Assembly: GCF_044704955.1 (NCBI RefSeq)
Contig: NC_092010.1
Coordinates: 34,348,001 to 34,412,000, forward strand
Source: Pristiophorus japonicus
Lineage: Eukaryota
Length of the DNA stretch: 64,000 nt
Reading direction: 5' to 3'
The notes beneath the pieces are model-generated. The model had not been told where the DNA came from, made no database searches, and saw nothing but the letters and a program-made list of their open reading frames with translations. How positions within the stretch are numbered: position 1 is the first letter of the stretch; every line of letters starts with the position of its first letter. This document shows, piece after piece, positions 35,901 through 44,900 of the stretch. The translations under genes were made by a program, and so were the position numbers.

Positions 35901-38900
35901 CTCTAATAAATTTGACTTCTCAATAATTGCAAATAAAGTCTTTGGACAGTGGGAAGCACAATTTGAATGTGGTTTGTAACATTTTGTGTGGCTGTCTTCT
36001 TTCTTTCCTTCCTCCTCCCAAAGTAAAGGTAAATAGATCACTTTAGCTCCGTGTTCACATGGTAATTTGGTTCGGGAATGAGCTTGCTGAGTAAGAGATT
36101 TGAGTGACCTGGTAACCTTATGGTTGTTCAACATCTGAGGTACTCGTACAATCTGAGGTACTCATACCCATAAGCCATCTTTTCTTGTACCACAACAGAT
36201 AATTATCCTCTTTCCCTGGCTTTTCTGCTGCACCTCCCAAATTGTTGTAACTTCGAAAATCCAGGGTAATGGTTTATTAGCTGGTTGCAATTACGATCCT
36301 CTATAACGACACTGCAGTTTTACCTACAGATTCTAATTCAACATTTATCATTTTCCAGTTTTGCCACAAATTTGACAAACTAATACCAGTAGGTATGACT
36401 AAAATGCATACTGTAGCATATTGGAGCAGTGAATTAGGAATCATACTTAATAAATAGATTATTCACGTTTAAAATATCACTAAAATTATACCAGATGTAA
36501 TCATTGCCCAACAACAGCTATGAGATATTAAACTAAGCAAGACATTATCTCCTATATGAAAAATTCATTATCTTGTATGTTCCACACTCAAAATGGGCAG
36601 TAACAGCTTTATTTATTCAATTTCTTGCTCTCAATATCACTCATGACGGCCTAGTCTTTTTTGAAAGGGACTGGATATGGAATATTAGCAAGTTAAGGTA
36701 CATTTGTTGAATACTCAAGTAAAAAGACACTGTATTGAATTTCAAATGAACTTGGTTTCTGTCTCGTACACCTGACAAAACTTTAGAACTGCATTTTAAT
36801 TTGTTTTCATAGGAAATACAGCTCCTTCTCAGCCACCTACAGTTGAACCTGTAGCTGTATCTACTCCAATGTCTGATTCCCCAGTACCACCTTCTGAGCA
36901 GCAGCCAATCGTAATCCCCACTTCCACAGGAGGCCCTATTCCACTTCCTTCTGCCACCATCAATCCTGTAGCCCCTGCCTCTGATGATGCTATAAATGCG
37001 GCAATCGCTGTCTCAGAACAAGCTATAAATGCGGCTACCCCTGCCTCTGATGAAGCTATAAATGCGGCTACCCCTGCCTCTGATGAAGCTATAAATGCGG
37101 CTATCCCTGCCTCTGATGAAGCTATAAATGCGGCTACCCCTGCCTCTGATGAAGCTATAAATGCGGCTACCCCTGCCTCTGATGAAGCTATAAATGCGGC
37201 TACCGCTGTCTCAGAACAAGCTATAAATGCGGCTACCCCTGCCTCTGATGAAGCTATAAATGCGGCAATTGCTGTCTCAGAACAAGCTATAAATGCGGTT
37301 ACCCCTGCCTCTGATGAAGCTATAAATGCGGCTACCCCTGCCTCTGATGAAGTTATCAATGCGGCTACCCCTTCCTCTGATGAAGCTATAAATGCGGTTA
37401 CCCCTGCCTCTGATGAAGCTATAAGTGCAGCAACCCCTGCCTCTGATGAAGCTATAAATGCGGCTACCCCTGCCTCCGATGAAGCTATAAATGCGGCTAC
37501 CCCTGCCTCCGATGAAGCTATAAATGCAGCAATCGCTGTCTCAGAACAATCAACCGGTAAGTCTTCCATTTGCTATTTTTTTTGGAGACTTTATTTAAAT
37601 GCTTGGAAAAACTGCAATGCACAGTTTTGTATAAATCTGCATCTTGTGCTGCATTGGCCTGAACCAGTGCAACAAATCTGGTGAAATGCTTTTTGCTTTT
37701 GTGTAGTCTAATTGAGTGGTATGGTACAACTGGAAACTTGGAGATCTGAAATTATTGCAACAATGGGTTTCTTTCGTAAAATACACTGAAAATACCTTTT
37801 CTGAATCTACAGCTGTATCTGCCACAATGCTGATTCCAGAGGGTGAGACAACTGCTACGGGCACAAATGAGGGACTGATGCTGGTGAAACGACAGGCTGT
37901 TGAAGATCCAACGGAGAATTGCCTTATCTACCGCTATGGCACCTTCGCTACCACCATCAATATTGTCCGTGAGTAAGACCTTCAAATAGGTACCTCCACA
38001 AACAAGTAGATACCGCGTTGACCAGAATGGACAGTTAATGAGCCCTGGCTTCCAAGGCTGTCAGGTTGTTAAATTCTAAAGAAAGCCCAATGCCCTATTA
38101 CTTTGAGAGGTACACAAACTGCTCAGGGAGGACTTTCATTCACACTCCTCTTGGGAAAGTGCCGTAGCAGCTGTTTACCTCCCAACAAACTGGCTAAAAT
38201 TGGGAACATCCCATGTGGGAGTCACAGGGGCATATCCATATCTTGTCACTCTGGTGGTGTTTTGGTACATCACTGCACTGTGTTATTGGACTAGCTACGG
38301 CTACCTGGCTTTTATTTGTGGAACTTTTTGATCTGATGGCTAGTAATGACCATCATCCATCTAATTTCCACATAGTAGCAAAAGATGCAGAAATAATTCT
38401 TGCATGTAGATTCCGATCAAACGTTGACAGTTTATAGAGCAATAAAACTCGGAACTCTATGTAGTAACAAGCAGCAATATCACTTCAGTTTAAAAAAGAA
38501 ACTGGCATTAAGTTACTTGGCTACTCATCTTCGAAATAGTACCATGGGATCTTTTACGTCCATCTGAGAGGGCAGACGGGGCCTCGGTTTAACATCTCAT
38601 CCGAAATACGCCCCTCCGACAGTGCAGCACCCCCTCAGTACTGCCCTTCCGACAGTGCGGCGCTCCCTCAGCACTGCACTGGAGTGTCAACCTAGATTTT
38701 TGTGCTCAAGTCTCTGGAGTGGGAACTTGAATCCACAACCTTCTGACTCAGAGGCGAGAGTGCTACCAACAGCTATTACTGGCTGACTAGGATGAAAGGA
38801 TACTGAGGTGGTGGGCTGTTAGTGGTTTAATGGTTTGTCTTGCTTTTTTTCTCTTTCAGAGGGCATTGAAAGTGTGGAAATTGTGCAAATATCAAATGTG

Positions 38901-41900
38901 GTGCCAGGTTCTGTGGCCGAGATGCAGCAAAACGCTGTGGATTTCACGGTGACCTGTCAGGGAAGGTATGGTGTATACGAGTTTTGATTATGTTTCTCAT
39001 TCAATGTACACTAATGGCTTTGAGATATAGTTCTACTTGCATGAGTAGTGTAAACAGCTACAAGAAAAGGAGGCGCCAAATGAAAGGTTTAAGGCCAGCC
39101 TGGTAATTGACTGGAGGTCAGTGAGCTTTAAATGAGTAAAGCGTACTATATACTACAGGTATGTATTTGTTGAATTAAAATATTTAAATGGAACAGTTGG
39201 CAAGATCTACCAGCAACAATCTGTCCAATTTGAAATGGCAGTCGTGCAGTTCCTGTTATATTTGCAGAATTTCCATTTTTGCATTTGGGCAAGTTGATGG
39301 AACGCAATTGTATTCTACACCTTCTACACCTGCAGTCCGACCAAGGATGTGTGTGGCTTTGGTGGGAAAAATCTATCTTCTCAAACTCAATCTTTTTATA
39401 CCTCCTTCATGCAGAGAAGGTTGGACCTTCTCGATCCAACTCTCTGCAGAACGCACGAGGTATTCCGACAGCTGCCTTTAAAATCTGTTCTAGCTGTGTT
39501 ATTGTATTACGATGAAGGAACAGATGCACGATGAGAAGGTACAATTTTAAGTGCTGTCATTTCTTTTCCAGCTTCCCGAGTGAGATTTGCACTGTTGTCT
39601 TGGACGCAGACTGCATAAATCCTCAGCAAATGGACTGTACGGAAGTGCTGCCTGCCGATGAATGTCAGCTTATCCTTCGCCAATTTTTCAACTCCTCTGG
39701 AACTTACTGCGTAAATGTCTCTATGACAAACGCGGTCAGCTTGGCTGTTGCCAGTGCCCGTGTTAATGTGATCCCAAGTAAGTCTGTCCAAACTATATAA
39801 CAAAGTGAGTGAATATAATGCAACCCTTGGGCACATTACAGATGATGCAGTCTACCACAAACGTGACGAAGAGCGTTGGGAGTGTATCTTTATTTGCTCC
39901 AGTGCATGGATGGTCAAAATAGCTGGATAAGAAGTTACTGGGTTTGTACTATTAATATCCTGAATGTCAATGCTAATCAATCTCCTGTGGCATTGCGCAC
40001 ACAGAGTCAAGACCAAGTGATCAGGTGAACTGGGGTCAGAGGCCTGGGCAATAATCGGACCAGGGTGCACAGATGTAATTCAGTCCCCAGTTTAAAGTAA
40101 TACCCTCTACCTTTCATTTTATATTTCTATTATAAACTCCTATTTTCACATTTTCTACAAGCCTACTGAATCCTGGGCTTCATGAATAAAGGTATAGAGT
40201 ATAAAAGTGTGGAAATTATGATGAACCTTGATAAAACACTGGTTCGGCCCCAGCTGGAGTATTGTGTCCAATTTTAGGCACCGCACTTTAGGAAGGATGT
40301 GAAGGCCTTCGAGAGGGTGCAGAAAAGATTTACAAGAATGGTTCCAGGGATGAGGGACTTCAGTTACGTTGATAGACTGGAGAATCTGGGGTTGTTCTCC
40401 TTGGAGCAGAGAAAATTGAGAGGAAATTTGATCGAGGTGTTCAAAATCATGAGGGGCCTGGACAGAGTAGATAGAGAGAAACTGTTCCCATTGGCGGAAG
40501 GGTCAAGAATCAGAGGACACAGATTTAAGGTGATTGGCAAAAGAACCAAAGGCGACATAAGAAAAAACTTTTTTATGCAGCGAGTGGTTAAGATCTGGAA
40601 TACAGGCCTGAAAGGGTGGTGGAGGCAGACTCAATTTTATCTTTCAAAAGGAAATTGGATATGTATCTGAAGGAAAAAAAATTACAGGACTACGGGGAAA
40701 AGGCGGGAGAGTGGGACTAGCTGAGAGCCGACACGGGCTCGACGGGCCGGATGGCCTTCTTCCATGCTGTAACCATTCTATGATTTATGATGGAAACTGC
40801 CTGTCACATGTCACGCTGTAATTACACCCTCCTGTCAGTGGTGGCGATGTAGTGCTTCCATTGGGGGCGGGGGGGCGGGTGTAATTACAGCTTGACAAGA
40901 TCAGGCAGTTTCCATCATAAATATGGAAATAGGAATTTATAATAGAAAGTTGACAAAGCGGTAAGATTTTTAAATATGTTTGCTTATCTTCACATTGTCC
41001 CGGTTTTACCCTTTTATTGCATCAAAGCACGTGGGAAAGAATGCTTTAACGTTCAGGTTTTATTTCTGTGTAGTTTTTAGTTTCTACTGAATGATTAACT
41101 TAATTTCATTTTAATAGACAAGGTGAGCAGCTAGCTTTAAATTGATTCGAAATGGCAGGGTCAAAACTTGATCAAAGCACGTTGCTGTGTGGAAGATGGT
41201 TGAACTAACTGTAGCCAAATGCATTGTATTGTCGGTCCCAACTTCCAGACCTCGCCCGTCCCGGTCCCAACCCCTGGACCTCGCCGGTCCCGACCTCCGC
41301 TCCTCTCCGCTTCCGATCTCCACACCTCACTGGTCCTGACCTGCGGACCTCGCCCGTCCCGACCTCCGCTCCACGGCCGTCCCAACCTCCGTTCCTCGCC
41401 GCTTCCGACCTCCGCTCTTCGCCCGTCCCAACCTCCGTTCCTCGCCGCTTCCGACCTCCGCTCCTCGCCCGTCCCAACCTCCGTTCCTCGCCGCTTCCGA
41501 CCTCCGCTCTTCGCCCGTCCCAACCTCCGTTCCTCGCCGCTTCCGACCTCCGCTCTTCGCCCGTCCCAACCTCCGTTCCTCGCCGCTTCCGACCTCCGCT
41601 CCTCGCCCGTCCCAACCTCCGTTCCTCGCCGCTTCCGACCTCCGCTCCTCGCCCGTCCCAACCTCCGTTCCTCGCCGCTTCCGACCTCCGCTCTTCGCCC
41701 GTCCCAACCTCCGCTCCACGCCGCTTCCGACCTCCGCTCTTCGCCCGTCCCAACCTCCGCTCCTCGCCGCTTCCGACCTCCGCTCTTCGCCCGTCCCAAC
41801 CTCCGTTCCTCGCCGCTTCCGACCTCCGCTCTTCGCCCGTCCCAACCTCCGTTCCTCGCCGCTTCCGACCTCCGCTCCTCGCCCGTCCCGACCTCCGCTC

Positions 41901-44900
41901 CTCGCCGCTTCCGACCTCCGCTCCTCGCCCGTCCCAACCTCCGCTCCTCGCCGCTTCCGACCTCCGCTCTTCGCCCGTCCCAACCTCCGTTCCTCGCCGC
42001 TTCCGACCTCCGCTCCTCGCCCGTCCCGACCTCCGCTCCTCGCCGCTTCCGACCTCCGCTCTTCGCCCGTCCCGACCTCCGCTCCATGCCGATTCCGACC
42101 TCCGCTCCTCGCCCGTCCCGACCTCCGCTCCTCGCCGCTTCCGACCTCCGCTCCTCGCCCGTCCCGACCTCCGCTCCATGCCGATTCCGACCTCCGCTCC
42201 TCGCCCGTCCCGACCTCCGCTCCACGCCGCTTCCGACCTCGGCTCCTCGCCCGTCCCGACCTCCGCTCCTCGCCGCTTCCGACCTCCGCTCCTCGCCCGT
42301 CCCGACCTCCGCTCCATGCCGATTCCGACCTCGGCTTCACGCCACTTCTGACCTCCGCTCCTTGCCCGTCCCGACCTCCGCTCCACGCCGCTTCCGACCT
42401 CCGTTCCTCGTCGCTTCCGACCTCCGCTCCACGCCGCTTCCGACCTCAGCTCCACGCCACTTCTGACCTCCGCTCCTTGCCCGTCCCGACCTCTGCTCCA
42501 CGCCACTTCTGACCTCCGCTCCTTGCCCGTCCCGACCTCTGCTCCACGCCGCTTCCAACCTCTGCTCCACGCCGCTTCCGACCTCCGTTCCTCGTCGCTT
42601 CCGACCTCAGCTCTTCGCCCGTCCCGACCTCCGCTCCATGCCGCTTGCGATCTCCACTCCACGTTGCTTCCGACCTCTGCTCCACGCCACTTCTGACCTC
42701 CGCTCCTCGCCAGTCCCAACCTCCGTGTTGGTCATTCTGCTGTTGCGTTAGTTGGGTCTTTTTTTGATTTGCCCACAGCTCCAGCCTCGTGCTCCAAACG
42801 CTAAACTCCAAACTGCTCCTCTGACTGTCCCATGAAGTCAGGCTTTTTTTGATTTGCCCGCAGCTCCAGCCTCGTGCTCCAAACTGCTCCTCTGACTGAG
42901 GTCCTATGGGAAGGAGGAAGGAAGGAGGACAGTAGGAGTATGTTTGAGTTTGTGTGTACGTATAGGCACATGCGGCGGAGCCTGGTCTCCAGTCGCCTTG
43001 GATCCCCTTGCCACTGGACCAAGACCTTGCTCCGTCAAGCCCGTGTGGTGGCTGGTGTGCAACGGCCACCCCACGTTAAAAGAATTCACGCACAGGCATC
43101 TTCCACTGTTTAAAATGAGTTCATCAGTCACCTGAGTACTCATTTTTAGTGTGGAAGCAAGTCATCCTCGACCCTGAGGGACTGCCTGTGATGATGATGA
43201 TTGTTGGTCTATTTCCCCTCGCTGATTATCTTTCCAACCCTCCCATTTTTGCTTAAAGATTGTCATCAATATTCTGCGCATTAATGAACTGTAATTTTGA
43301 GTGATTAATGAGTCTTTTCTCTCAGCTGCAGGTGGGACACCTAATACTACTGAAGCCCTGGTAATTGTTGGGATGTTGCTCATTGCCAGTATCATTGGAG
43401 TTGTAGCCATTACCTACAGGTTAGTGTGTGCAACTATCACAATGAAAAAGGGGAACCAATTCAGAGATGACTTGCTCTTTGGAAGGTATTTGGCTTTTCC
43501 TAATGGGGCAGAAATCCCGGCCTCCCCGGGTGCGTATGGAGTGTGTACGGACCCGGGAAGGCATAGCAAAAGCTGGTTTTCAGCAGGCAAAGCTCCTTGA
43601 CAGATCCTCTGTATCTCGGGTGCGAGGACATTTGTACGGGCAAGATTGTGGTATTTACCCATACCTTGCCAGCAAATGTCCTCAAAACTATTGCGCCTGA
43701 TAAAAGCAGGCGCATCACCTACTTTTACAGGCATAAGAGTTTTAAAATACACAAAAACATTGTAAAATAAAATTTTAGAAACACATTTTATTGTTAAAAA
43801 CCCTCCCCACTACGGTAAGTTTATTTTAAACCATAATTTTAAAAACTTTTTTAAAAATCGGAAAAATCTATATTTGTTAAATACATAAATAACTTTAATT
43901 TAAATTAATAAAAATATGTTGTGCATTTTTTCTATCTTTTATTATTGGTTATGTGTGTTTTTTGGGGGGGGGGGTTTCTCATTCATAATAATGGGAATTC
44001 CAACTTACGGAGTTCCCGTTACTATGACTGAGAACATACTTTACCTGATTGGCTGTCCAGAGCCATGTGACTCCAGCTCCAGGCCTGCGCACGTCCTGAT
44101 GTGCACGCGCTGCGACGCGCAGTCAGTGGAGGCCTCAGGACCTGGAACTCGGGTGGGCGCAGCAGGAACAGGAAAGTGCGCTTCTTTTTTCTAGAATCCA
44201 GTTGAATGCCTGTGGGAAGGAGAAACCGGGATTTCTGGGCCATTGACTTCTGAACTCAGAAGCAGTACAACTTAAAAGATCTCCATATGTAGCTTACGGA
44301 TGAGGGAATGCAAGATTGTCCAGAAATGAAACCAACTGAACCTATGGTCAAGCGTAGCAGTACAAGTTTCCAACAGTGGGGTAGCCTATTTTGAAACCAA
44401 GGCCCTGAGAATGAAATAAAATGTAAAAACTCAAGGTGGTCCTAATTCAGCAACTTGTCGCTTTTTAAAAAATGTGTCTTAATTTGAACTATTTCATGTC
44501 AAAAAGGAAGCATGATTATGCGCTTCGTGGCCAGTAATCTCTTGTGGAGGGTGGCCATTAAGCATGAACATGTGTCCACCGGTTTGCTTGAAGCCTTTCG
44601 TGACTGGTGGGCATCGCAAGGAAGTCACTGCATCATAGACCCTTCCTGCACAATACAGTTTTAGGTGGGTCAACAAAACATATCTGTGGCACGCTCCCAA
44701 GAGAATGATTGGTGGCGTCCAGGAAACCAGCATCACCCTCACTGGCCCATCAAAAGTAGGGATTCTCTTCTGGAGAATTGGGGATCTTGTTTGTAATGTT
44801 AATAGAGGTGTTGAGATAGTGGCTGTGGAAAGATATATGAAGGACAAGACACCTGGGGCAAATTGCATACTTCTTAACCAGCGAAAGTGGTCATGGTGGA

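Noticed and set aside
36330-36392. Possible 63-nt phase 1-1 extra PMEL exon ([21 protein letters not shown])
   Set aside because: AG/GT are present and the frame is open, but the peptide is unlike PMEL and exons 6 and 7 join without it; needs RNA evidence.
36968-37549. Repeated CTGATGAAG in the RPT array as tandem hammerheads, or the array as CRISPR-like
   Set aside because: No GAAA box or stems follow, there are no unique spacers, and the unit is a coding repeat (Ser-Asp-Glu).
41161-43069. Long ORFs (337-504 aa) over the minisatellite
   Set aside because: By-products of a stop-poor tandem repeat that is open in several frames on both strands.
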